A stretch of DNA of 64,000 nucleotides from Candidatus Bathyarchaeota archaeon (GTDB taxonomy: Archaea > Thermoproteota > Bathyarchaeia > 40CM-2-53-6), in the NCBI GenBank assembly GCA_963733055.1, contig CAVTBR010000001.1:1-64000 (forward strand), given 5' to 3'. This document shows positions 41,953 through 49,965 of this stretch, one piece after another (position 1 is the stretch's first letter; each line of letters opens with the position of its first letter). Below the pieces are notes generated by a model, which ran no database searches, was not told the origin of the DNA, and saw nothing but the letters and a program-made list of their open reading frames with translations. The position numbers and the translations under genes are program-made.

Positions 41953-42516
41953 ATGGAATCCCGAGATTCGATTGCTGAAGTGTCAAGCGAGGTAGTCGGT
42001 TGTACCAAATGCCGACTGTGTGAGACTCGACGAAAAGCAGTTCCGGGCGAAGGTCTGGAAAGATCAAGGGTCATATTCATAGGAGAAGCGCCGGGCGAAC
42101 AAGAGGATGCTCAAGGGCGACCGTTTGTCGGGGCCGCCGGAAAACTGTTGACCGAACTCCTAGTATCAGTTGGTTTGAGGCGGGAGGATGTTTACATTAC
42201 GAACATTGTCAAATGTAGGCCTCCGAACAATCGGCCTCCAAGAAAAGATGAATCATCCGCGTGTAGGCCTTACCTAGACCGGCAGATCAGTTTGATTGCT
42301 CCACGGATTATCTGCCCGATGGGGAACTCCGCAATCCACGCGTTAATGGATTCAGATAAGGGCGTGACGGATCTGCATGGGATGCCGCTTGAGATCGGGC
42401 AAGTTACCTTCTTTCCCATGTATCATCCAGCCGCTGCCCTCTACACCTTCCAGTTGAGGAAGGTGATGGAGGAGGATTTCAAACAGTTAAAGAGGTTATT
42501 GAATACTTACGGCTAA
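41953..42516 (+). CDS. udg: Family 4 uracil-DNA glycosylase; its last codons come from the integrated element
   Basis: CTKCRLC, GEAPG, PFVG.AG, TNIVKCRPP.NR, HPAA. Confidence 0.92.
   Translation: MESRDSIAEVSSEVVGCTKCRLCETRRKAVPGEGLERSRVIFIGEAPGEQEDAQGRPFVGAAGKLLTELLVSVGLRREDVYITNIVKCRPPNNRPPRKDESSACRPYLDRQISLIAPRIICPMGNSAIHALMDSDKGVTDLHGMPLEIGQVTFFPMYHPAAALYTFQLRKVMEEDFKQLKRLLNTYG
42472..42481 (+). repeat. Left attachment core GAGGATTTCA
   Basis: Identical to 48825-48834. Confidence 0.85.
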
Positions 42517-42604
42517 GGCCGCTTTAGCGGGTATTAGGGATTCGCTGAACTACATGGAAGATTAACCCAAAAAAAAGAGGGTGGGCCGTTAAGCCCGAAA
42601 CTCA

Positions 42605-42931
42605 TTACTTCTTAACGTATTTGGATGGGAACACGTACACGTCCGCACCTGACTTCCTAACCGCTACTGGGGGCTGTTTACCTTTAGGCGTAGTCTTACT
42701 TACCCTGCCTTTAATCGCTAGATACACGTTCGTTGCCCTATCAGCAGAGTTAAGACTAAGCTTAACCGTCTTAGTTTTGCCGTCGTTAATTAACGGGTCG
42801 TAGTCGCTTGAACGGTGGGCTTCAAGCACATTATCGGGCGGCGCAGGTAGAGTTTCAGTGTTAACTAAACCTTTAATCTGATACATCTGCGGCTTACCTT
42901 TATCGGAACCCGTATTCGCTGCCATAGCCAT
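42605..42931 (-). CDS. Element-encoded 108-aa hypothetical protein
   Basis: SD-like GGGGGGTGAA upstream; T-run downstream on the minus strand (near 42569-42576). Confidence 0.7.
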   Translation of the reverse strand: MAMAANTGSDKGKPQMYQIKGLVNTETLPAPPDNVLEAHRSSDYDPLINDGKTKTVKLSLNSADRATNVYLAIKGRVSKTTPKGKQPPVAVRKSGADVYVFPSKYVKK

Positions 42932-43058
42932 AAATCCAATTCACCCCCCGCACACTAAACATACCACCTCTACCCACACTAACATAATAAGCGTATTGAC
43001 TAAAGTCACTTTAAGTGAACCTTAACCTTGCCTCCTTAAACGTCTAGGCTTGCAGGCA

Positions 43059-43160
43059 TGTTAACGTGCTTACCCGTAAAACCGTGTATTTACCTCGTTA
43101 AACTCTGTATTCGTGTTTCATGCACCTTTGTTAACGGTACCGGTAAAACCCGTGTTTACC
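43059..43160. repeat. Imperfect 32-36 bp direct repeat, two copies
   Basis: TGTTAACG..TACC.GTAAAACC.GTGT.TTTACC at 43059-43094 and 43129-43160. Confidence 0.6.
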
Positions 43161-43420
43161 CGCTTATTTCAGCTAACGGAGGCCACTTTGACCCCCGATT
43201 ACCTTCAGCAGGCAAAGAGTTGGCTGCATACTTGCTTGTGTATGGTAATACTATAGGGTTACTGGTTGCTAAAGCAACTTGAGTTGCTATACGGCATAGT
43301 AGGCTGCTGTTAGGTTACCTGCATTTACGGTTACCCTCCCCCATTACTCTAATGTACTATAGTGTACGTGGGAGGTTTATTGTTGTGTTGCTGCTGTCTG
43401 CCCCGTGCTGCCGCCTCCAT

Positions 43421-43481
43421 GTGCCTCTTAGTGCCCTATCATAAGGTGCCTACGGGTGCCCTCATAGAGAAACAAGGTGCC
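43421..43481. repeat. Iteron-like GTGCC cluster
   Basis: GTGCC at 43421, 43431, 43446, 43456 and 43477; the first four form two pairs with a 25-bp period. Confidence 0.55.
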
Positions 43482-44013
43482 TTACTGCTATCAGATCGTA
43501 ATAGTCAAGTAACGTATAGTATGGTGCCTGCTGCTGGATGGTTTACGTTGGTGTGGCCTGCCCTCCACCCCACCTTAATCGTAGTCTTAGCCCGCCCACC
43601 AGCCCCCAGCGCCACCCGTAACGGATAACCACCCATACTATTTCACTTCACCCTAAACCCCTACTATTACACCTACTACAAATAAGGCTTGAGTAATAGC
43701 ATAGTTATATAATAAGAATAAGTTCTACTCCTTGCTATCCGTGCCTGTAACGTGATGTATGCTAACCTAAGGTTTCCTTACGGAATTTATGGGTTCCGAA
43801 CTGGGTTTAAGGGAAGATTAGGGTTTATTGGCCCAAAAAATTTTTTGGTTCTATAGGACCTTCCCCTTTTTAGGTGAATTATGGTTGATTATGGTTATTT
43901 ATGTCTGTTTTAGCTTAACATCATGTTTGTTTAATCATACGTGACGCCATGTAACGACAAAGGACGTGTATTGACGGGAAAAGGCTGTATGTGGGAGGTT
44001 CTTCCTCCCTAGT

Positions 44014-44481
44014 GTGGGGCGGACAAATATGCCTCGTCCAACTCCACGCCTCACTCACGGTCTAATTATTTTAGGAGAAAGATTTTGTTTGAACCGTAAA
44101 AATAGTAAGCCGAATTGCTTTAGTAGGATTCGACCTTCAATCGCTCAGCAGCTCCAAGCCGTCGATCTTCTCGTGCAATTGTTTGGTAGAGTCATCAGTT
44201 GTCCTAAGTGTGGTAAGGCCGGTCGAATCAGCGTTAACCGAACTAACCATTACGCTGTGTATCGTTGCCGTGTCGGGTTAACGCCCACCCATCCGAAGCT
44301 CTGTAGCCTCGGCGTTTTTGACGGACGATTTCTACTTAACGACCCTGAAGGGTCAGAAGCCGTTCAAAGGCTGTGGCAACTGTTCCGGAACGTTGTTAGG
44401 CCGCTGGCTTTGTCGGTTGCTGAACGATCGCTGCTTGTTAAGATAAGAACGTACTCGAATAAGAAAGAAGGTGATAATTAA
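44014..44481 (+). CDS. Element zinc-ribbon protein (start uncertain)
   Basis: CPKCGKAG...YRC......H...CSLG. Confidence 0.6.
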   Translation: MGRTNMPRPTPRLTHGLIILGERFCLNRKNSKPNCFSRIRPSIAQQLQAVDLLVQLFGRVISCPKCGKAGRISVNRTNHYAVYRCRVGLTPTHPKLCSLGVFDGRFLLNDPEGSEAVQRLWQLFRNVVRPLALSVAERSLLVKIRTYSNKKEGDN

Positions 44482-45012
44482 ATGACAAATGAAATTAAGA
44501 AAGATGATGGAGCCTCCGAGCACCCCCCAGCAGGGAGTTGGGCTGAAGCAGCATGGGCTTACCAAAGACACCAAGAGGCCACGCAGCCTAAACCAGCTAC
44601 TCCACCTTACGGTTTCACAACGGAACAAGCTTCAAGGTTCAACCTTTTGGAAAACCTGAAGACCGCCCGTGAGAACCTACAGCAGAAATTGGAGGCTGAA
44701 GCCCCAGACATCAGTCGATTAGATGATACTACGCCGCTTACAGGCACGCCTTACACCTTGCTAACCTTTCCGGATACCGACACGATGGATCACTGGGTTT
44801 CAAACGCCGCCCCTAATATTCGGGTTTGGAAGACAGGAAAAAGTTCCTACAACATCTCTGTCTGGTGCATCGTATCTTACAACAACACTTCGGCCGGTAA
44901 GTTGCCGAGCGTGCCCGACCCAGAGAAGGACTTACGTAATAGTGGCCGTGACCAACCAGAGAATCCTTCTAACAGCCAGTCCGGCGGAGCAACCGACAAC
45001 GACTTTCCTTAA
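44482..45012 (+). CDS. Element hypothetical protein, 176 aa
   Basis: SD GAAGGTGA upstream; T-rich tract downstream near 45031-45039. Confidence 0.7.
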   Translation: MTNEIKKDDGASEHPPAGSWAEAAWAYQRHQEATQPKPATPPYGFTTEQASRFNLLENLKTARENLQQKLEAEAPDISRLDDTTPLTGTPYTLLTFPDTDTMDHWVSNAAPNIRVWKTGKSSYNISVWCIVSYNNTSAGKLPSVPDPEKDLRNSGRDQPENPSNSQSGGATDNDFP

Positions 45013-45076
45013 CCTCCCCTAATTCCTCCGTTCTTTTTTGGAGGCATATTTCCGTTAAAATGAATGTGAGTATGAA

Positions 45077-45370
45077 ATGAGTATTCTTGATTTAATTCGA
45101 CGTGGCCTTCCTCATATCTCGATTACTTATGGTAACGCCCCTACAGCCACTGCGCCTACTACTCCGCCGACACCTATAGTAACTAAACCGCCATTGCCAG
45201 TTAAGCCCCCGAAAATCACACACTTCAAGGATGGAAGCTGTCGTTTTGATTTTCCGGATTCGGAAAGTCAGCAGGCTTGGTTATTGGCCCACAGTGGCCG
45301 TCCACTAATTTTCCAAATTGCACCTGAACGGACGACTACCGCTTTTGTCCTCAGCGGGGTAGACAGGTAG
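45077..45370 (+). CDS. Element hypothetical protein, 97 aa, Pro/Thr-rich linker
   Basis: ATG start, same strand as neighbours. Confidence 0.6.
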   Translation: MSILDLIRRGLPHISITYGNAPTATAPTTPPTPIVTKPPLPVKPPKITHFKDGSCRFDFPDSESQQAWLLAHSGRPLIFQIAPERTTTAFVLSGVDR

Positions 45371-45380
45371 GTAGTCTAGC

Positions 45381-45530
45381 ATGGAATCGAAAACGTATCG
45401 CTGTTCCCGCTGTGGCAGAACCGTAAGTGCCCCGAAGAACATTTACAGTTTCACGGACCAAGCCAACGTGAGGCGTAGGCTGCATAGAGCCGACTGTGGG
45501 TTGCTTAAAGCCGTAAAAAGGGGTGAGTGA
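45381..45530 (+). CDS. Element 49-aa zinc-finger protein
   Basis: Manual translation MESKTYRCSRCGRTVSAPKNIYSFTDQANVRRRLHRADCGLLKAVKRGE. Confidence 0.55.
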   Translation: MESKTYRCSRCGRTVSAPKNIYSFTDQANVRRRLHRADCGLLKAVKRGE

Positions 45531-45686
45531 AACTTAACAAATCATCTAACCGTATTTACCGACCTTCCATCTGCTCAAGCTATGGCTGGCGTTACCGGAA
45601 CCGTCGTGTCCGTGTGGAGTAACGCAACTATGAGTCAAATCCTCATTCTCTGGCACGATTAAGGCTGATTTCCGGGGTTCTTAACC

Positions 45687-46556
45687 TTGAGTGAACAAAT
45701 AGAGGAATACACTAAAGATTACGGCTACAATAGTAGCTTCCGCTCTGCTGAACCACCGAACAGGCTACCTGAACCCGTTAGGCAACTGATTCTACAAGGA
45801 GCATACGGACCCACTCCACCGGAACCTAACAACCAGAATGAAATTATTGGCCGTGAAGGCGTTCTTAGAACCCTACACAGCTTGAAGCATCAAGGCTTCA
45901 CCCGCCGCCTAGTTAATCAGGACCGAAACAACGATGAGAAAGCTCACCCCGACATCTTAGCTTACCATCCAGCATTAGGCTGGGTTCAAGCTGAAACCCA
46001 CTTCTACATTAAAACCCGCTACGTAGACGACCAGTTAAGCATCCGGAAGAATATTCGAAAAGCATGGTTCCAAAACTTACCTAAATTCGTAGTCATGATA
46101 TGGCAAACCCCCTACGCTTACTCAGCCCAACATAACCTACTCCTACACGGAATAGGCTTATGGAACGGCCTAAACGAACTAACCGGCCTAACCGACGAGG
46201 GGGTGTGTGTTGTACAAGGACAGTGTGAAGGTGTCTGTATTGATAGTAAACGGGGTCAGAGAGAGGGTTTGAGTGAAGGTAAACGTGCTGTGGAAGGTTA
46301 CTTACAGGGGGAAGGTCAGTGTAATGGGTACTGTAATAGCGGTTATAGTACTGATGTAAGTAACGACGACGTTTATGGTGGGGTTGGTGCCCCTCGCCGG
46401 AGGCTCCCTATTGCTGGTTTAGAATCATCTCATAAGCACTTCAACGGGGTAGGCCGTAACCGGTCGTACTGTGATGGCCTGCAGGGTTATTGTGAGCATG
46501 GTTACTGTAAAGGGTACTGCATGTGGGGGGCTTGTAACGTTAGGTGGGTTAACTGA
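45687..46556 (+). CDS. Element protein with a PD-(D/E)XK-like N-terminal domain and Gly/Tyr/Cys-repeat tail
   Basis: GREG..., HPDILAY....GWVQAETH; tail QCEG, QCNG, YCNS, YCDG, YCEHG, YCKG, YCMWG. Confidence 0.5.
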   Translation: MSEQIEEYTKDYGYNSSFRSAEPPNRLPEPVRQLILQGAYGPTPPEPNNQNEIIGREGVLRTLHSLKHQGFTRRLVNQDRNNDEKAHPDILAYHPALGWVQAETHFYIKTRYVDDQLSIRKNIRKAWFQNLPKFVVMIWQTPYAYSAQHNLLLHGIGLWNGLNELTGLTDEGVCVVQGQCEGVCIDSKRGQREGLSEGKRAVEGYLQGEGQCNGYCNSGYSTDVSNDDVYGGVGAPRRRLPIAGLESSHKHFNGVGRNRSYCDGLQGYCEHGYCKGYCMWGACNVRWVN

Positions 46557-46605
46557 TGTTGATGTTGTTCATGATTGGTCTGAACCGTTTATTTATTTCA
46601 TCATG

Positions 46606-46867
46606 GTCACGGCTTAGTGGTTGTTTCCAGAAATGGTTTTTTCCTTAAGCCTGACATGCCGGGTCGGTTGCTTCATCTCCTCCGATTCGGCGGCGGGTTG
46701 AGTTTCACTTCAGGGGCAACCCGTTCCTAGTTTCTTCCTTCCTTCCCAGTCACGGCTTGAGTAGTTGCTTCTTAAGCCGGACAAGTGCTGAGCCGGTTGG
46801 CTTTATCTCCTTTCGGCTCTGGCCGGGTTGTTTGCTTCCGACGTGTTCGTTGGAGCAACTTAACCCG
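46606..46867 (+). repeat. Tandem imperfect duplication (143-bp period), three hairpins per unit; candidate structured ncRNA
   Basis: Units start GTCACGGCTT at 46606 and 46749; stems are kept despite substitutions; G-U pairs fit the + strand. Confidence 0.65.
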
Positions 46868-46871
46868 CCTA

Positions 46872-48245
46872 CTATTTTATTGGTTTTAAGTGTTTGAGCG
46901 GTAGCGCTGAAGCTGAAGGAAGAGGCTTACTACTCCTCCGTTTCTTCTTGAGTGGTTTCGGTTTAGGTTGTGCTGCTGACGATTCCACGACTTCAGCGGC
47001 TACTCCTAATCTACTCAGGCGATTAATGAGTTTCTGCTGCTCCCAGCGCATGCGTTCGTTGTTAGGGTCGTCTGGTGTGGGGTCCTCGGCTATGGCTATT
47101 TGCACCATGTCTAATTGCTCCTTCAAATTCACAATAACTTCGTCTTTGAGAAGTTTGTTTTCTTCTTGGAAGCTGGTTAACTGCTGGGTCATAGCTTTGA
47201 CTTCGCCCTGTAGTGTGGGGTTCTCTGCGTCCACGTAAGCCCGCCACTTCATCCATTCTGCCTTAACCTGTTCTGGCTTGTGTAGTAGCTGTAGGTACAT
47301 GTTCTTGTCTACTACGTGACCGGTCATGAACTGTAGGTACACTTGGTTAATCTTAGCGTCTGTTAGTCCGTCCGTGACCATCAGGTCCCTGAAGAAATGT
47401 GGCCTAGTCGTTTCCTTTATGCCCGCTCGCTTACGGGCCATATGCCAAGGCTTAAGGTAGTGCCATCCCCGTATAGCTTCTTTACGGCCTTGCCCGCCAT
47501 GTACTCTAACCATCCATGGGGCAGGCTCATTAACGAATGGTGTTAACACTTTGGCCGGTATGAATGTGAAGTAGCCTTGTTCCTGACTCTTACGGAAGTT
47601 ATAGCTTAACATGATAGCTTCGTTAGGTTCTCTTGCCGCCTTTACCTGTTCTACTAGCTGAGGCCACATTTTGTTGATGAGTAGGGCTTCACGTCTGCCT
47701 AATCCACCGTACATCATAGCCGAGAATAGTTCACGGTATGGCGTCTTACAGGCCGATATAGTGGCTTTGGCTTGAGCTAGTGGCATGTAGGTAACTTTAG
47801 GTTCTATTGCTTGTTCGTCTGTGTGGTTCTCTACTATGTGGAATGTTTCAGGCGGCAGAGCCGCCCTATTATGTTTATAGAACGCCTTAATGGCGGCATA
47901 TAATAGCTCCTTACGCTTACGGCTTAACTCCGCTATGAGTGTGGTTTTATCATGTCTTTTACCGCTGGGATATAGCCTTGAGGTCTTAACTATCCCTGAT
48001 AAGATGAACTGCTGGGCTTGGTCTAGTGCCTTGTAACCGTCTGGGTCTACTTCCCTGTTCTGTCTCTCTGTAAGTAGTAGGTCAGGTGATTTACCTATGC
48101 CTGTACAATATTGGTATATGGCGTAGCTGTAAGAGTCTCGGCTAGACTCGGCCCCTAGCCTACTAAGGAACCTCTGCATACTAGCGTTAGCTTCAATGAA
48201 CGGTTTACCTATCTCGCCTTCGTGGAATAACCCTGAACGGCTCAA
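46872..48245 (-). CDS. Tyrosine recombinase/integrase
   Basis: SAM-like N-terminus (IKAFYKHN), YGGLGRREAL, FRK, PHFFR (HxxR), MTGH, catalytic Y in KNMY; coiled-coil and basic tail. Confidence 0.85.
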   Translation of the reverse strand: MSRSGLFHEGEIGKPFIEANASMQRFLSRLGAESSRDSYSYAIYQYCTGIGKSPDLLLTERQNREVDPDGYKALDQAQQFILSGIVKTSRLYPSGKRHDKTTLIAELSRKRKELLYAAIKAFYKHNRAALPPETFHIVENHTDEQAIEPKVTYMPLAQAKATISACKTPYRELFSAMMYGGLGRREALLINKMWPQLVEQVKAAREPNEAIMLSYNFRKSQEQGYFTFIPAKVLTPFVNEPAPWMVRVHGGQGRKEAIRGWHYLKPWHMARKRAGIKETTRPHFFRDLMVTDGLTDAKINQVYLQFMTGHVVDKNMYLQLLHKPEQVKAEWMKWRAYVDAENPTLQGEVKAMTQQLTSFQEENKLLKDEVIVNLKEQLDMVQIAIAEDPTPDDPNNERMRWEQQKLINRLSRLGVAAEVVESSAAQPKPKPLKKKRRSSKPLPSASALPLKHLKPIK

Positions 48246-48769
48246 AGCCCTAACCTCATTAGTGGGATGGGGGTTGGCCCCTTGTCGGCTGAAGCCGCTT
48301 TAGCGGGGCCGTGTCTATCCTGTATATTTCTCCTAAGCTGAAATATGCAGGGTAGGCACAGCCATTCATCTGTCTCGCTGTTATGGTAGAGGGTTCTGAA
48401 GAGGCCGCACTTCTCACATGATGTCGGCTTATGGCCTGTGCTTATGCTAGTCAGGGCCATGGGCGGCGTACTCTGATATGTCGTGGTACTCTGCCAGCAT
48501 CTTAGACCGGTGGGCCTTGCCCTTACAATGGCATGTCTGCGGGTTGAAGCTAACCAAAGGTTAGCTTTAGCTAACCCTTTACAGCGGACATTATGGGCGT
48601 GCTGACAGGGGCCGCTCTTACACTCTCGGCGGTTCATGTAGTCGGCTAGTTCTTGAGGTAGCTCATCGGTACTAGGCTCCGGGGACACAACAACCGGAGC
48701 CAAGAATATCGGGCCGCTTTGAAACCGTAAGGTTCCATAGCGGTCTATCGTCGGTAGTTCTCGGTTCAA
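48242..48769 (-). CDS. Element Cys-rich zinc-binding protein overlapping the integrase start
   Basis: CKSGPC.H.H...C and CEKC...CLPC; TTGA stop/start overlap. Confidence 0.55.
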   Translation of the reverse strand: MNRELPTIDRYGTLRFQSGPIFLAPVVVSPEPSTDELPQELADYMNRRECKSGPCQHAHNVRCKGLAKANLWLASTRRHAIVRARPTGLRCWQSTTTYQSTPPMALTSISTGHKPTSCEKCGLFRTLYHNSETDEWLCLPCIFQLRRNIQDRHGPAKAASADKGPTPIPLMRLGL

Positions 48770-48824
48770 GGTTTTTGCCTCAAACCTACCCTACTTCATT
48801 CAGGAATAAAAAAGTATGGATAAA

Positions 48825-48872
48825 GAGGATTTCAGGAAACTTCGCGGGCTTCTAGATTCCATATCCAGTTGA
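48825..48872 (+). other. Right attachment core plus the displaced original udg 3' end
   Basis: Reads EDFRKLRGLLDSISS-stop in frame with the core and ends 2 bp before the convergent AKR gene. Confidence 0.85.
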
Positions 48873-48874
48873 GA

Positions 48875-49852
48875 TCAGTCTTCTTCGAAGGTTGGTTTGT
48901 TCCCGAGAACGCCATCGATTCTTTCCATAACTTCTTTGCTGAGGTTCTCAATTATTGCCTCGGCCTTCATGTTCTCAGTTACCTGTTCTGAACGTGTTGC
49001 GCCGGTGATGACGGTGCTTACGTTCGGGTTCTTGAGGCACCACGCCAAAGCTAGCTGAGCCAACGTGCAATTCAGAGATTTCGCTATCGGTTCCAATTTC
49101 TTGACTCTTTCAAGGTTCTGTGGCGTGAGGATGTATTCTTTGAGCCATTCGTAGCCTTGGAGTGAAGCTCGTGTGCCGTGCGGTATCCCACTGTTGTATT
49201 TGCCGGTAAGAAGCCCCGATGCTAGGGGGCTCCAGATTGTTGTTCCCAACCCAATTTCCCGGTATAGGGGTAAGTATTCTTTCTCGACCCTGTCTCGGTG
49301 GAGCATGTTGTATTGTGGTTGTTCCATTTGTGGTGGCGTAAGGTGATATTCACGTGCAATTGCGTGGGCGCGCATTATGTCGGCGGCATTCCATTCCGAT
49401 GTCCCCCAGTACAATACCAAACCCTGGTGAATTAGATCGTCCATGGCGCGGACCGTTTCTTCAATAGGGGTCGTGGGGTCGGGGCGATGGCAGAAGAAGA
49501 GGTCAAGATAGTCAAGCTGTAACCGTTTCAGGGAGCGTCGGCATGCTTCGTAAATGTGTTTGCGCGATAAACCTCGGTCGTTGGGCCCTTCGCCGCCCCA
49601 GAAAACTTTGCTCGACACCACAAAGCTCTCTCGTGGCCATCCGGTTTTCTTCAAAACATTGCCCATGACCGTTTCTGCGTTCCCATTCGCGTATGCTTCG
49701 GCGTTATCAAAGAAGTTTACCCCCGCCTCATAGGCCGCGGACATACACTTCAAAGCCACCTCTTCACCAACCTGGCCTCCATACGTAACCCACGCGCCGA
49801 GGGATAATTCACTGAGTTTCAATCCCGAGCTGCCGAGACGACGATAGTTCAT
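48875..49852 (-). CDS. Aldo/keto reductase (Kv-beta-like)
   Basis: [38 protein letters not shown]. Confidence 0.93.
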   Translation of the reverse strand: MNYRRLGSSGLKLSELSLGAWVTYGGQVGEEVALKCMSAAYEAGVNFFDNAEAYANGNAETVMGNVLKKTGWPRESFVVSSKVFWGGEGPNDRGLSRKHIYEACRRSLKRLQLDYLDLFFCHRPDPTTPIEETVRAMDDLIHQGLVLYWGTSEWNAADIMRAHAIAREYHLTPPQMEQPQYNMLHRDRVEKEYLPLYREIGLGTTIWSPLASGLLTGKYNSGIPHGTRASLQGYEWLKEYILTPQNLERVKKLEPIAKSLNCTLAQLALAWCLKNPNVSTVITGATRSEQVTENMKAEAIIENLSKEVMERIDGVLGNKPTFEED

Positions 49853-49965
49853 TCTCGATTCACAAGGCGATGAATAAGGAGGGAATATTAAAGCAATGAC
49901 GCTGCACGAAGGCGGGGTTCTTTGGGAAACATCTTATTTCCATACAGACTCACAAACTACTCGCT

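Larger units (their letters stand above)
42472..48834. mobile_element. Tyrosine-recombinase integrative element (about 6.35 kb) inserted in the udg 3' end
   Basis: Direct repeat GAGGATTTCA at 42472-42481 and 48825-48834; displaced udg tail after the right copy; integrase next to the right end; unrecognised cargo ORFs. Confidence 0.88.

Noticed and set aside
43058-43628. ORFs 43058..43282 and 43362..43628 as genes
   Set aside because: Low-complexity translations over repeat-rich DNA with no recognisable motif.
46606-46867. Hairpin array as H/ACA guide RNA, CsrB-like RNA or small ORF
   Set aside because: ACA follows hairpin 1 in both units, but no clear pocket or K-loop is present. The GGA motifs lie on the strand where the stems would have C-A mismatches. 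The minus-strand 20-codon ORF has its SD abutting the ATG.
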